From positions 1,178,001 through 1,242,000 of the forward strand of contig OZ025791.1 of the NCBI GenBank assembly GCA_964019425.1: a DNA stretch of 64,000 nucleotides, given 5' to 3'. The DNA comes from Flectonema sp. DT1601. Lineage: Eukaryota. The notes below the pieces were generated by a model, which did not search any database, was not told where the DNA came from, and saw only the letters and a list, made by a program, of their open reading frames with translations. A program made the position numbers and the translations under genes. Of this stretch, positions 1 to 14,500 are shown piece by piece; within the stretch, counting starts at the first letter, position 1; each line of letters begins with the position of its first letter.

Positions 1-74
1 TCTTCTCTCGGTAACAACGGTCTGACTCGAACAACTACTTCAACCCGACTGCTGGTGAGAGGCTGAGAACTCAT
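1..74 (-). CDS. Kinesin motor-domain protein, 5' end (gene continues beyond window start)
   Basis: Manual translation from ATG at 74-72 gives MSSQPLTSSRVEVVVRVRPLLPRE, matching the V.V.VRVRPL...E first strand of kinesin motor domains. Not in the ORF track because it is truncated by the window edge. Confidence 0.75.
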   Translation of the reverse strand, partial: MSSQPLTSSRVEVVVRVRPLLPRE

Positions 75-418
75 TTTTTTTTCTTTTTCTATTCCGTTGT
101 CGTGGATGGGGTTGGCCCCCCACTACGGTCCCACCCCGCAGCTGTAAAATATAAGTCACGATAAACAAAATCACAAAATACGAAGTCATCTATTGCTGCC
201 CCTGCTCACAACCTGATCAGAATAATATAACATTTATAGACAACGAGATTTCGACCGAGTTGACTAAATCAGTGAAGTCAAACAACACTTTACTAAAACA
301 CTATAACAGAATGCGATGCGGTAACACTACGAAACGCTAATACGATTAATGTGTTGGAAAAGCAGCACAAGTCTGATCTCACAAAACTATATTTTATAAC
401 CAGAAAGAAGTTATCAGT

Positions 419-3400
419 TTACAGGTAAGCGACTTCTTGTTTAACACCCCTAATGGTTGCTGACACCTCTTCACAACCACCAAGTCCAGAAGATGCAGTA
501 AGTCGCTGTGGTTGAATGTGTTGGTTTATTGCAATGAAGTAATTAATAATAATAATAAAAAGTACACACCTCTTGCACATCACGTGGCAACGATGAGAAC
601 TGTTCAATAAGATTCATATCAAGAATAAACCCTCTTCTGTTTCGATGTTCTGGTTTACTGTTTCTCTTCCCCCGAAACTTTCTACTTGCACGAGGATGAA
701 GACCAGCAAAGTGAGGAATTTCAGTCGTCATTTTATTAGAAAGCCACTGTTATAGTTATTTATATTAAATACCCCTGTAGCCTTCACTTGAGTGAATCTA
801 ATAAACAATAAATATAACATACATGTAAATCTCTGTGAGTGTGTTCCATTATTGGTTGCAACGTGTATAACGCTCCCTCGTGTGTTCCAAATAGTAGTGC
901 CACTCGGTTACCTGTTTTGTTGAGTTGAAGAAAAAGGTTTGCTTTTGACCGATTTAAAATTATAATAAAATAATAAAAATTCAAACCTTGTCTCAAAACA
1001 TCAGATTCGTGAGAAGATGGGATGTGAAATGTACGAAGTCGAATAGCTCTCGTAGTTGAAGTTCCGATGAATATATCTGACAGCGGCTGAAGTATTTGTT
1101 GACTAGTAGCAGGATCGTAACTGTAGGTAGAAATATTTCCATTATCATCAAACAGTACAGTAGTTAACACTCCTCTATCAACTATAAATTCACAACATGA
1201 TGACGACAATGAGTTCACATCCTTCGCGAGGGGAGTTAACTGATGACCAGATTCAGTCCAGCGATGCATCTGAACAGATTGAAACAAGTCCCCAGCGAGG
1301 ATTAGGTTTTTAATTGAAGTCAAGTTGGAGGTGTACATTCGTGACTCTGCCCAAGAAACAAAGTCGAGAGTCTTTTTATTCCAATCATAGACGTAGACGT
1401 AAATCTTACCAGCGACTGCAGCAAAGAGATAGCCACCTGATGAAGTAATTGCAGTGACAGGTCCCTTAGTAGATATCTCGTGTTCTATTTCAAGAACTCT
1501 ATCATCACGTGCACGACCAACTCTGACTCTGAGTAGTAGGATTCTTCCTCTGCAAGGAATGTCTTCAGAAATAGGAAACGCTGTTCCAACAGCCTGAAAG
1601 GTTGACATCTGACTGCTACTTCCTCGATCTCTTCTACGATCTCTGTCACCACTTCCATAGCCTTCTGGTCTCTTTAACGTTACTGAGGTGCACGCTAGTA
1701 CCTTTTCGTTCTCTTTCAACTTCCCAACGCCTGTAAAAGGTTTCCAAGACAGAGCGCTGTACAACTGCAACTCGTAGCGACCGTTCATCGGTGTTGGGAT
1801 GCCTTCCGCAGATGTTATTTCTTTTGGAACCTTTTCGTTTATATTTTCTAAGAAGATATCAGTTTCTGAATCAAATGCAGTTTTTACCGGTTTGAAAGGA
1901 CTCTCATAAGCAACAACAAGAGTGTATGTTCTGAGAACTGGATCAAACACGATCTGTTTTGGAGAACCTCTCAGGAGAATCTTTCGTGTCGGCCACGGTG
2001 ATTTGAAATTCATTCTCTTATGCCAAGTCAACAACATGAGTTTAATTCCTTCTTCGGTTGCAATGGCAAAACCATTTTTACATGAAGGTGTGTTTAAAGC
2101 GGCAAAGCTTTTTACACCAGCCATCTTAACCATAGGGTGAACTCTGATGTGTGTTTTTTCACTGAAGACCCAACTTCCTCCTTGGCTTGATCTAATAAAT
2201 AATCCATCATTTCCCATCACACCTCTGAATTGAAATATCCTTGGTTGCTGAGGAGTGACTGCGAAGATATTACTTATAGTGTTGGATTCACCATGTTTTT
2301 TAACATATAATTCCATAGACTGATCAACGCAACTTAATTTTGGTGGTGCCGTTGGATGATTCGCAGTTTCAGCTCGTCTTTCACCAAATGCATGACTAAT
2401 TTTAGAAAATAGTAATCCATGATGATAAAAACCTTTATATCCATACAACTGATCGTCACTTGTCATCATCATTAAATGAGGCATTGAATCAAGAGGGTCA
2501 ACCCGACCTAAGAAAATATCAACGACATGAAGGTTTGATGGTGAAGCTTCTGATTTAATACCTTCAGGAGTGAGTATTTGTGGTAAGTCGAGAAGGTTTG
2601 GAAAGGACTTCAGAAGTTCCCAGTCAGAAACTCGGTACAAAAATAAAACACCCCCTATCGTTACAACAGTCAGGATATCTGACAGTTCTTCACTCGGAGG
2701 TACCTGTCCTGGTTTAACATCATTTGTGCAGAAGAATGGATCATTACATGGAACAGAAGACAGAGAACACGCTGTGATAAAACCATAACTAAGTACATCA
2801 GGAATTTCAGGTGTTCTGACATCAACCTGGAGTTTAACCGGCTGATCTGGTTCATCTGCGAGAGAGACGTAAGTAGCAGAAATAATTCTCAAAGTTCCAT
2901 CTGTCATAAAACAGATAACACATCTCCCTTTACCAAAAGCCTGATGAACACTTGCTGTTCCTTCATCCAAGAAGTCGAATCTATAAAATGATTCTTGATC
3001 GTCGCAGATGATAGCTGATGTTCTTGTGACTTGACATATTGCATTGCGAGTATCTTCAGCAGGGAGGTCGGTGTTAATATTGCATGCGAACAGTGTTGTT
3101 TCATCACGTAAGAATGGAGCAGCAGAACTCTCAACTAAATCTTCATCAAGAACTCTAAGAACACTCGTATTTGAAATCCCAGACACGAACACACACTGAT
3201 GTTGTTTACTTTCAACTTCAGTTCGCTCTACAACTTCTTCTCCCAACTTTCGCTTTTGACCAAAATTATATTTTAGTGAGAAGACACCTTCACAAGGAGC
3301 ATCGTATTTACAGAGCACTAACGGCTTTACAGATCTTTGTAAAATGCAAACGGCGCCGTCTTTTCCCCTTCCTGTTGTCGCAACGACTTCCATTGATGTG

Positions 3401-4959
3401 TGTTTCTCTTGGAATTCCTTCTTAGTCGATGGCTTTAAGTGAATAGGAACTACTGCAGACATTCCTAAACTGGGTGTTGGAAATGTTTCTTTCATTGGGA
3501 GTTGTACTTCGTCAGGGGGTTCGACGGAAGAATCTCCGAGAGAGAGGTCGGTGATCGGACCGGTATTTTGAAATGTTAATACTTTTGAAAAACTCTCATC
3601 ATCCTTTCGGAGTAGGACCGAATCTCCCATCCGGCTTCCCACAAAGATATAATCTCCTATTTTACTCAAACAACTTGGTATTGGACATGAAGGAAGCTGT
3701 TCAGACCCCTCTACTGGATGCGCTGTCAAGTTGGCCAGCCCAGAGCAAAGCCCAACTGAAATATCCGACACGACTGTACCTTGTCTGTTTACTTTAATAA
3801 CAATCGCTTCACCAGATGCTAACACAGTAAATAAATTATTCTCATCCAGAGGTATAATCCGAGCATTAGCTAAACACAATATAAACCTCACTGGAGTTGA
3901 AGTGTTCTTACCAGGCTCTGAGTATAATGTAATTCTTTTATCATTATGTTTAAGATATCCTTCTGCGAAAGGCATTTGAAGGGCGGGGTCGGAGAGGAAT
4001 TCGTCACGTCCAAAGTTGTTTACGTGGACAGCATAACCAGATTGCTCGTTTTTACTAATATGAAGTACAGTATTAATACCAATGACCATAGCACCATAAG
4101 GTTCTGTTTGTAGAGGTACTAACTTGTACACATTGTAAGGTAACTTCGTAGCGATTGGAATATTCGAAACATCAATCTTACCATCACCTGACAGAGTGAT
4201 GGACAGTACGGAGGCGCACATGGTGAGAGATTTCTTTTCGACTACCTGACCGTCATCTCCGAGTGCCATTTTTAATCTACCAGCCCATGACTGCTCATCC
4301 TCATGAAGGATCATTATGGTTGGTGTGTAGTATCCGTCAACGAATGAGATGTCTGGAATTCCTCTCATGTTATGTGAGTGAAGGTCAACAAGCATTGCTT
4401 GACCTAAAGGATATTCACAAGCTACGTCATTACCTCCACCTCCCATTATTTCAAGAGCAGGATCAGATGTAGATTTCGCAAAGGGAATAACAAATAAGAA
4501 TCTCTGATGAACAAGTGCCAGTATGCACTCTGCTGATCTTCCTCCGACAACACTCCCAGGATCGAGGTAGAGTTGTATACGACCTCTAACTTCATCAGAT
4601 GGTTCCTTTTCGAGGATCATGACGGGGTCGTCGAGAAGATGTAATGAAATAGTTTCGAATTCATGTCGCGAATGATTCCATTTTAGAACGCTCAGTTTAG
4701 CTTCTGCGAATGCCAACACCAAACAGTCGATATCGTAACCCGGAAATCTAACAGCTAGAACTGATTCGATAGCCTGACTGACATTATAAACAGATGTCAA
4801 CTGAACACCATTTCCATCAACTATTCCTGGTAGGCTGTATAGCTCTAGTACATCATGTTTTACTACTACTAATCCTTCAGTAACTTCATCAATGAATTTA
4901 CCTGCACAACTTGTTGTGATGGAGGTACTGTCCAAAACCCTTGTGCAAGCCTGATACAT
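419..4959 (-). CDS. CPSF1: Cleavage and polyadenylation specificity factor subunit 1 (CPSF160); exons 4959-987, 911-823, 746-570, 505-419; about 1441 aa
   Basis: ORF 784..4959 has CPSF160 hallmarks (LVLAFAEAKLSVLKW..FETISLH, PTIMILHE..SWAGRL, FVGSRMGDSVLL, NTGPITD, AVGTAF..SEDIPCRGRILL, KGPVTA, KNLILAGDL..SV). Splicing three GT-AG introns joins ORFs 543..731 (PHFAGLHPRA) and 419..607 in frame. Confidence 0.92.
506..569 (-). other. Spliceosomal intron 3 of CPSF160 (64 nt)
   Basis: GTGTGT...CCACAG; removal gives DVQE|RLTASSG in frame to the stop at 419-421. Confidence 0.8.
747..822 (-). other. Spliceosomal intron 2 of CPSF160 (76 nt)
   Basis: GTATGT...ATAACAG; removal gives HRDLH|WLSNKMTTEIPHFAGL in frame. 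Confidence 0.85.
912..986 (-). other. Spliceosomal intron 1 of CPSF160 (75 nt, in frame, stop-free)
   Basis: GTTTGA...CAAAACAG, AT-rich. The read-through peptide GLNFYYFIIILNRSKANLFLQLNKT is atypical for the protein. Confidence 0.7.
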
Positions 4960-6796
4960 GGTATGGGGTTATGTTCCCCTGGTGAGATAATTTAAATAAA
5001 TAAAAGAGACGGTCGATATCAAAAAATAATATTTCATGCAACACGTTCATAGGATTTGATGTGATAGCTAATAAGAAAAGTTTATAACAACAATTTACAC
5101 TTAAATCACTTATTTAACACAACAATATGTGTTCGTAGCCTATTTGACAGAGAAATTCTTCGTACACAGTTTCTCTTGTCTAACGCTGTTATTATTATTA
5201 TAATTATTTTTTTTTTTTTTTTCCCGCTTCGAAGGAGGGGAGGGCAGGGCAGGGCAGGGCAGGGCTAATATAATGTAGAGGCGCTTTGGCTTTTCTTTTT
5301 TTTTTTTTTCTGCCTACAAAGATTATAATAAACCGTAGTAGAAAAAAAAAGAAAATCGTCGCTTACTGCTGTGGCAGTACATGAACAGAATGAAAAGGTG
5401 TGTGTGTGTGTTTGCTGGAATAAGTTTACTTTTATTTTTCATCAACGGTAATGTAATTTTATAACCATGTAAATTCTTTTTATTTCAGTTAACGGAGAGG
5501 GAAAACGATACAATGTGAAAGGGGGGGAAAAAGGAAGGGAAGTGGGTACAGGATGAAGACGTAATTACAACAGGAGATTCTAACATGGTAGTTTAGTTCT
5601 TTTGTTCTTTTTCTTTTTTTTTTCGTTCCTCAAGTTTGGGTCTCATTGCCTTACTTTTTAAGCAAAGCAACGTACCATATAAACACACAAAAATATTACG
5701 CTTTCACGAGATAATAATTGCTATGTGTTGACAGCTTTAGAATTTTTCATAACAAAATCAAACATCGTCAACACGTTGCATGCCACACAGAAATTAAGTT
5801 TTTTTTTTTTTTTTTTTTCTCCAGACCGACAGCACAACGAATATTATCATAGCAAAAAAATTAAAGTTTTTAACTTTTTATAATAAAACAGTTTTTTTTT
5901 TTTTTTTTTGGAAAGAGAGAAGGGAAATTATAGTTGAGGAAACGCGAATTCAAGGGCGTAATACCGACAGCGTGACAGCATCCGTGACGAAGACACAAAA
6001 AAAAAAAAAAAAAAAAAGTAACTCACCACGCCATAGTTAACATTTCGTTTTTTTTTTTTTTTCCTTTTTTTCCAAACAAGATAAGAACAACATATCAAAG
6101 TCTGAAAAAAAAAAAAAAAAGAAGAAAAAAAATGAACACAACTAAACGTCATAGAATATCACGACTGGTCAGAAAAGGAAACATAATAATATGCATATTA
6201 TAGTGATGTGTTTGTGTTTGTGCCCAAAGTAGAAAAAGAGTCGGGCAATGCGTCCTACTATTGAAGAAGTTAAATAAATACAAAAAAAACCCAACACAGC
6301 TGACATGGTGACAGCTGTTAGTCCTGCGGAAACTATTTGGGTATTAGAAAAAAAGAACATGATGAAAGGTGGGGAAGGATGGTACAAGTGGTGGAGAAGA
6401 AAATAAGAAAGAAGAAAAAAAAATTATGCCTGCTGCCCCAACCCTGTAACTTACTACATTATTTATTATTGTTTTTTTTTTTTTCATTATGAAGTATGTT
6501 GTACAGAAAAAAAAAAAAGCTTTTGTTCTTTTTTTTCTTTCTTTTTTTTCCAGATAGTTATTATTATGTTTTTTTTTTATTTTATTTTAATTCTCTTCCA
6601 TACAAAAGAATTTTTGAGACAGCCAACCTGAATAAATTCGACACTACTCAAAGGTCTGATTTCAGATGACTTAATAATACACATTCTCAAGCCTTAGGAT
6701 ATTCTGTCCAATCTTACAGGTTAGTGTCATGGTCAACCAGTGGCAGCTGTTTGCGATCCGTGTCAAGAATTATTCTCAAATCACAATAATATCATT

Positions 6797-7873
6797 TTAA
6801 CGAAAAGTCGATGGATGTTGAACAAGAGAAAGCCAACTTCCAATTCTTGTTTTCAACGTATTGTTGAATCCTGTGTAGTTAGATTCACCATTTTCAGCAG
6901 AAAGAGTTGTTTTGATACTGTTGAGACCGACAATGCGACCATCGTACGCAGCAGCAGCAGCAGCTGTTTTTGGTGATACCTGATAACCTCCGTTGTTATT
7001 ACTTTTTGGGTATGCTGAATGTGGTCTTGTTCCATGATTATCAACACTGCTGGTGTGAACATCCTTCGCAAGATAGTTGGTTGGTTTGTGTGAAGTAGTT
7101 TTGTTCGCAGCGGTGTTGGTTGTGCTTCCCCAGACTCTGTTAGGAATTTCATTTATAATCTTTTTAATATCATCGTATTCTTTTAGTCTTGGAGTCACAG
7201 GAAGAATCTTTCTATCAATTCCAACTGGAGTGTTGTTTGTTGGAGTCATAACTTGTCTAACTGGTTTCTGTTGAACAGGTTCTTCTGGTAGTGCAGCATG
7301 ACTTGTAAAGATATGACCTGATCCGTATTCCATGTGCATCTTTGATCCGAGTGAAGCAGAGTCAACAACTCCTTTAGCGAGGATAACACATAAGACATTT
7401 CCACAGCAGGAAATACCAGCCACTGTACTTGTTGCTGACAGTAGAGCAGTTCTTCTACTGCGAGTTGGGTTGTTGTCGTCAGCGAGAATTGAAAGAATCA
7501 ACTTGCGAACATCACCTCCCCTACCAACCCAAACAACTTCTTTAAGACAAGATGGGTCATCAACTTTACAATACTTCGACACTCTGCTGTAGAGGTCTCC
7601 AACAGAAACGTGTACTCCGTTTGAGACTGACTCGGCTCTCTTCCTGGCAGCGTTTGATAAGAGCGAGTTTACCTTAATTGGTACAACAGGACTACGTACT
7701 CTCAAAACATTAAAAAGTTCTTCATATCCGAAGTAGCTGTCTCCGTTTCTCAGAGTGCTGTGTACGTACCCAGCAAAATCCCGCGGTCTGGTTCTTGCCA
7801 AGTTGATTTCATCTACAATTGCTTTCTCAATGTCAGATGCCTTGTGGCTACTAATTGGAAATGGTGAGCTCAT
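6797..7873 (-). CDS. CAP/SCP (PR-1-like) domain protein with low-complexity C-terminus, 358 aa
   Basis: N-terminal EKAIVDEINLARTRP, LSNAARKRA, LILSILADDNNPTRSRRTALL and VAGIS motifs resemble protist CAP domains. The C-terminal end could be altered by splicing. Confidence 0.6.
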   Translation of the reverse strand: MSSPFPISSHKASDIEKAIVDEINLARTRPRDFAGYVHSTLRNGDSYFGYEELFNVLRVRSPVVPIKVNSLLSNAARKRAESVSNGVHVSVGDLYSRVSKYCKVDDPSCLKEVVWVGRGGDVRKLILSILADDNNPTRSRRTALLSATSTVAGISCCGNVLCVILAKGVVDSASLGSKMHMEYGSGHIFTSHAALPEEPVQQKPVRQVMTPTNNTPVGIDRKILPVTPRLKEYDDIKKIINEIPNRVWGSTTNTAANKTTSHKPTNYLAKDVHTSSVDNHGTRPHSAYPKSNNNGGYQVSPKTAAAAAAYDGRIVGLNSIKTTLSAENGESNYTGFNNTLKTRIGSWLSLVQHPSTFR

Positions 7874-8173
7874 TGTTGTTCGATGTGGTTGGAAAACTGT
7901 AAAACAATATTTAAGAAGAACTTGAATATGTCACATTAAAAAGAACTACGAGAAAAAAAGAAAACACACATCGTTTTTATCTGTTGGTGAAATAATAATA
8001 GCAAAATTGGAAGAAAAAAAATAAGAGTAATAAGTAGTCTCTCGTACACTACCATTCACCATAAGGTTCAATCACAAAAATGCCACTTCAATAATTCCGA
8101 TGTGGGCGATGAAGGAGTCGGGGAAATAAATCCTCCTCCCGCTAAACACTTATATTGTATTCAAATCAACTTC

Positions 8174-8204
<31 letters not shown>

Positions 8205-8549
8205 CGAATAAATCATGCAAATAAAAAAAAAAAGAAAAAAAATATTCAAAAAAGAAAAAAGGGCAGCGGCAAAGAGAATCGACAACAACACAATAAGCAT
8301 CAGGGTACAAGGCAAAATGCGTATTGGTTGTCAGTACAGATATTAAAATGCCAAAAAGGACAAACACAACAAGTAATCACAGCGGAGCACTCCATATAAT
8401 AGTCCACACTCTGCCACTGCAAAGTCGACAGCGGCTACTGCAAGTGTGGAAATGGAACTTTTGATTCCGTTAGCCGTTAGTTATTAAGAGTTTTTTGATT
8501 AACCGATTGTCAGCTATTAATATTCAAAAAGGGAAGGGGATCGTTGTAA

Positions 8550-11500
8550 TCAATCAGTTTTTTTGTTAGAAAGAAAGTCTTCGAGTCCTCCGGGAGAAGC
8601 CGGCCCAGATCCTGGCTGACTCCCTGACTGCGATACTTCTTGTGGGTAGTCAGCAAAAAAATTCGATTCCAACTTTGGGTAATCAGTTTTCGGTCTTCTT
8701 CCATTATTTTCAACTTTAAATAATCCAAACGTATTCGCCATCCAGAGAGTCGCTGACCCAAAAGTAGTTTCATCCCAAATTTGAAGCGGTAAATCCTCAT
8801 CTCTTTGTGGAGAACACCAACTTTTTGGTAAACATCGAACATCTAAACCTTTCGGTTCTTGTTCAGACATTGTGCAAACATCACCGAGTGCAATAAATTC
8901 AGCAGTTGGAGGTACAGGTCTCCATATGTAAAGAGGTTTCTTAGCCGCTTCTCCTACAAAACAGAATTGGAGAGTGAACCCAACAGGTTTTGGAAAGACC
9001 TTTTCAATCCACTTTGATAGTTCAGATGATGATATCGAAGTTGAAATAGAATAAGTTAAACAAGGATATGAATCCTTACTTCCTGGTTCTTTGAAATGTG
9101 GTCGAGCGTAGTATCCAAAAGTTAGTTTTCTCCCATGTGACATTTTATCTCTGATGCCACTCGTCTTTGGAATCCATATCGATAATGGTTTATCACAAAG
9201 GGTTCCTCTTGATGACCAAATACATTTAAATGCGTTGTGTTTCTTCACCTCAATTTCAAACTTTCCACCCCTTCGATCATCAGATGGTCTAGGAGGTACA
9301 TAAATAGTGAGATTGTTTGACTGCTGAGTGCTTGCAGGAAGTGGTGCATCCTCAAACATAGAGTTCGCAATCATTCCGTTGTACATATTGTCTGCAAGGT
9401 CTTCGTTACCGTCTGATGCAAACATAGCTTTGAAAGGTTCTACAGAAGTATTTCCGTCTTTATTTAAAACAGAAAACACTTGTTCTGACTGCTGAGATGT
9501 TACTAAGACGCCCAACCAATGAAGACCTTCGTAGAGCTCAGCTTTACTTAAGATTCCATTCTTGTCAGTGTCGATGATTGAGAAAACATCTGCTGGCCAC
9601 ATCCTCCTTGCTGTAATTGCTATCTTAACCCTTGACACGACAGCCTTTACAGCTAGCTGAGTGAATTCATCACCAGTAACGAATAGTCTGGCTACGGATA
9701 GTTCTTGCCAAGGCTTTAATTTCCTTCTTCTACAATCTCTAACATGAACCCACCAATCTCTACGTTTATTACATTCCGTGTTCTGAAGACAACGTAATGC
9801 CCAGGAGAGCATTCCATCTGACATATCACCATCGCTGTTTAGGAAGTGAAGACATGCTTCAGCAGCTTTACCGTGAGATGATCCAGTTGGTTGTTCAATG
9901 TGCCACTCTGATTTGTTTAATAATAAATTATCTGAAACACCTTTAAGTGGGAGTGCCATTAACGCAACTGACCCCGACAGTCGAGGGAGTGCAGCTCTCA
10001 GGTGTTCAGCTTCAGTCAAACTGAGAACGACAATATAGCGACCGGACTGAATTTGAAAAAAGGATTGTTTTGAAATAGCCTGAGCAACAGCTTCAAAAGA
10101 TCCGCCGCCAACAGCAGCCATCATTGTGTTCAACTGATCATCATCAGGAGTGATGTCGAGGGTGTGAAGAAGTTCTCGAAGTTCAGTTCTCGAAATCGAT
10201 TCACTGCCATCAGCAACAATCATATCAAAGGCTGTTCTCAAAGTGGCTCTTTGCATGTCTGAAATACTACCGTCGTGTTGATAAAGTGAGAGTTCACTAC
10301 TACTTGGGACCCACTCCATAGCACAGATGATGTTCTTGAGCCTCTTTAAGCTTCTCCAACGCCATTTCTTTTTATAATAATTCTCTGAAGCCATCATATA
10401 TGGTGGGAATTCAATAGCTGGTGAAGTCTTGTCTAAGATTCCTCTGTGAACAGAGAACTCTTTAAGAGGATAGAAGACAGAGGCATCTTTATCGTCCAGC
10501 ATTGAGAGAGGCCAGCCGTTAAGTCTTTCCTCCTGGCGGTCATATTTCTGATTGGCAGCAGCATCTGAGATTGCTTCAACTTCAGCTTCTATTTCAATTT
10601 CTTGTTCCTGTTCTTGTTCTTGCTCTTGTTCTTGTTGTTGTTCCTGCTCTGCTTCTTGTTCTTGGACTTGTTCTTGTTCATATTGTAGATCTGCGGTAAC
10701 GTGTGTTCCTGCAACCGGTCCGTTGGTCACGGTAGTCAAGAGGCTGTCGCATACGCGTTCCGCATCACCACCGTCTCCGAGTTTTCCTAACCATTGAGAA
10801 TGTGAATCGATCTCCATCTTCATGGATTGCTCAATAGTTGTGAAGTCATCTTTGGCCAGTTGATTTGAAACTTTAAAATTAACCACCTCTCTGAGAACTC
10901 GAAGTGATTCTGCAGCCAACTGAGACTCTCCAGTTGACTTCTGAAGTTGTGAGATTGCAGCATGTCTCCAAACAGTTCGTAGACTTTGTTGACAGAGTAA
11001 TTGTAAAAGATGTTTTTCTGACTTCAAAGTGTTTTGAATCAACCAAAGAATACAACTCATCTGTGAGTACTTCATTGTTGTAGACTCACCGATATTCTTT
11101 TTAATAAGAGAATGAACAGAAGGCGGTACTAAGAAGTCAACCGTCTGACCATTTCCTATTCCTCGAAGACGAAATGCTCCCTGAGCAGCATCTCTAAAAG
11201 TCATATCCTTACTAAGAGTCATTGCTGCGTGACATGTGAATGACTGCTTAATATCCATTCCAGTAGTGTGCACGTGATCATAGAAAGTAAATCTCTCACT
11301 TGGGGATAACCCACATTGATAAAGATTCATTGACTGCATTCCTCTTCTAATTAATACTTTTCTAACTCCGTCTTTTGTTAAGTAAACAACCCCTTTCATA
11401 TGTTTAAGACCGTTAACAAGTAAATTATGTGCAACTTCTAAATTAGACATGCCAGTTACGAGAGCACCAGTGTCAATGAGTGCTGAATATTTATTGTTTT

Positions 11501-14500
11501 TAGCGACCATGTCGATAAGGGAAGTGGGAGACCAATCCTCAGGTAGGGTCGATGGGTTTACAACTTTCGGATTTGATAAAACGTCAAGAATCTTACCATC
11601 ATCACCAATAGCGTAGTGACATGCTCCCATGGATCTTGGTAATAAGTCATTTGGTGTTCCACTAAAACCTAAAACAGTTGACGCTAATGGTTTCCCAGCC
11701 AACTCTTGTGCTGATGCAGTTAACGTCTGAGGAGACTTATCCAACAGTTCTGGAAACACTACTTCTTGAAGATAGAATTCAATTGCTTTCTCAGAATGCT
11801 GAAGGATCGAATAAATAAATTCCGTCTGCTCAACATCAGACAACTCGATAGTTTCCAAAGGCCACACGAATGCCTTCAGTTCCATATCATCAGCGTCAGA
11901 GTCTTCTGTAAGTTCAGTTATTTTTATAGCTGATTCTGCGACGTCTTTCTTACCAAATAAGAAGCTTCCATCCCATGAGAATCCTCGAACTCGTCCACCA
12001 GCATTCTTAATCCACTCAACATATTTGAGGCAGTGTTTGCGTTGGTGGTGAGGTCTGCCACTTTCTTCTTTCATTTCAGATTTTAAGAACTTAATCAAAT
12101 CTAAGAAATTATCATATCGAAGACCAGATAATTTATATGCTAAACAAGTGAATCCAATAACAACGTCAGGGTCTTGAAACTCTGAACTATCAGAAGGAGT
12201 GTCCTTACCTGTGAATGGAATCGCAAGAAGTCGACGTGTCTTTGGCATTGTTGGATTCAGTACCAAAAACCTTTCTAACTCAGATGGTCCTAAAACACCA
12301 TAAGAAACCCTATGAATTCTACTTATAACATGAGGAAGTAGTACAGTGATCCATAACCTACTTAAGTTAAGCATCTTTATATCTAAATCACGACATGTTC
12401 TTCGTACCTTCTCAAGTGCTCTCTGCGGTAGATCAGAAGCAGTTTTACAAGAAACGTAACAAATAATTTCTTCATTTGATAATTCACAACACACAGCATG
12501 ATGACGTAACCATAATACAACATATCTGGCTGAAGGAGGTATTAACCAGTTGTCATAAAATAATCTCGAGATCAGGGCAAAATGAGGAGAGCTTTGGACT
12601 GCGTGTTTAAGTTCTCCTTCTTGAATTCTGGTTTTAATTTCTTTTTGGATTGAGTGAGCTTCATGTACATCTTCAAACATTGGTAAGTCGTCAGAGTACA
12701 GAAGTTGAAGTAGCTGCCAAGGTAATTCCCAACGAAAGCCTTTGTCAGACATGTCGAGAGGTTTCTTGTCTCCAAGAGGCCAATTTAATTCTGATTTCAA
12801 AGGATGAAGTAGAAGATCGATTTCATCCAACAGTAGAACACCTTTCTGAAATAATTGTAAAACATCATTCGCAATTGAAATCTTTATTTGAATATTCTTC
12901 TTGTCAGTTGTTGTTAAGGTTTTGGTTTTAGACTTTCCGAAAACTCGTTTAATCTTCCGGAGTACTTTTTTCTCGGATTCGACTTCTGCCTTGGCCTGTA
13001 ATCTATTTACATCTAGAGAATCAGAGAGCTCAATCACCTTCAATAACAACGCCTTGATGGAAGATGGGGCAATTACAACAACTGCCTTGCTAGAGACAGC
13101 TGCAGTAACTTTTTTTAAAAGATCCGTCGTGACGTTTGAAAACCGATCGAACTCAATTGACAACACAGCCTTCTGTAAGATGGGACTACTAAAACTTTCT
13201 CTCAAAACACTCTTTGAGAAGTCAAGTAACGATCGTGGCATACACGCTGTTACTAATTTTGATCCGTCAGCAATAATTATTGATAGAAGTGGCATTACAA
13301 CTGTTGTCTTTCCTTGTCCCATAATCATTTGGTGACATAATGAATTTCCTGACATTATTGCACCTTGAAACTTACCAAGTAGTTCAACCTGACTCTTTCT
13401 TAATAATATAGAAAATATAAATTCATAACAAAGATATCTAGGATCGAATGTCACAACATCTCCGTTAGGAGCAGTGTAGTGTCGTTCAGCGCTGACAGCT
13501 GCTGCTAGTGAAGCAGCTTTTAAACCAATTGTTTGCTTCTCATCAGGTGTTTCTCGAAGCTGTTCTTCAAGTGAAGTTAATTCGTTTAAACATCTAACGA
13601 TTTGACTTACTCGAGAACCGAAATACATCCATCGGATTACATTAGACCAGACTTCATCAAGGGATCCAATATCAGTGTCGAGAATCTTTTTTATTAGAAG
13701 GTCTCCTTTGTTAGAACATAATCCCTTTGACAGATCGATCATCGTTACCGAAACTTCAGTTCCTCCGTAGCGTGCAAGCCAAGATGCTCCATCATTTTTA
13801 TTGACCATCAGCTCTGTTGCCTTCCTAACATTATTCATTTCCAACAAGTCAGCTTCTCGCATAGCTGTTAGTGACTTTCGTAGCGTTGTTCGAATACCCT
13901 TTCCAAGATGTGCCATGTCTGGAGTTTTGTTGGATTTCTTTGAAATTTCATAATTTTCCAAATCGCGAGCCAGACGAGATTTGATGTGGTCGACGCACCT
14001 TTCAGACGGCAGATTGTCGAGAGATTGATGCAGAGCTGGAAGTCTGTCATCGTTGAGGTCGCTAATTGTTTCTACAGAACGAACTGTTTTAGCAGAAATA
14101 ACACTCAATGGTTGTGTAAAGGAATTGTTATTTTGAATTAAATGAGGTCTAGAGAGGCACTGTAAATCACTAACTAACGGTGACGCAAGCCATCTTTTAT
14201 CATCACTACCAGAAATACGAATTGTTGCTGGAGGAGTATAACTGGATAACTGATTTGAGACTCCAAACACAATTCCTTCCTTCTGTTCTCTGATTCGATT
14301 GCACACCTCCTGCACTAGCTTTGTTGTTGCTGATGTACCTCTGAACAGTCCAGAGACCATAGCTTTGGCCTTGCCTTCACCCTCACGTCTACCATCATCA
14401 TAATGAGGTAATGTTGATATAATAGAAGGGTTCAAATCAAGTACTCGAAGGATTGAGATTAAAGTACCAGTTTTATTACTGTCAGGTAGCAGTCTGGATA

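Noticed and set aside
5000..6700. Short ORFs in the intergenic region (5928..6152, 6169..6387)
   Set aside because: Poly-F/poly-K products of A/T homopolymers.
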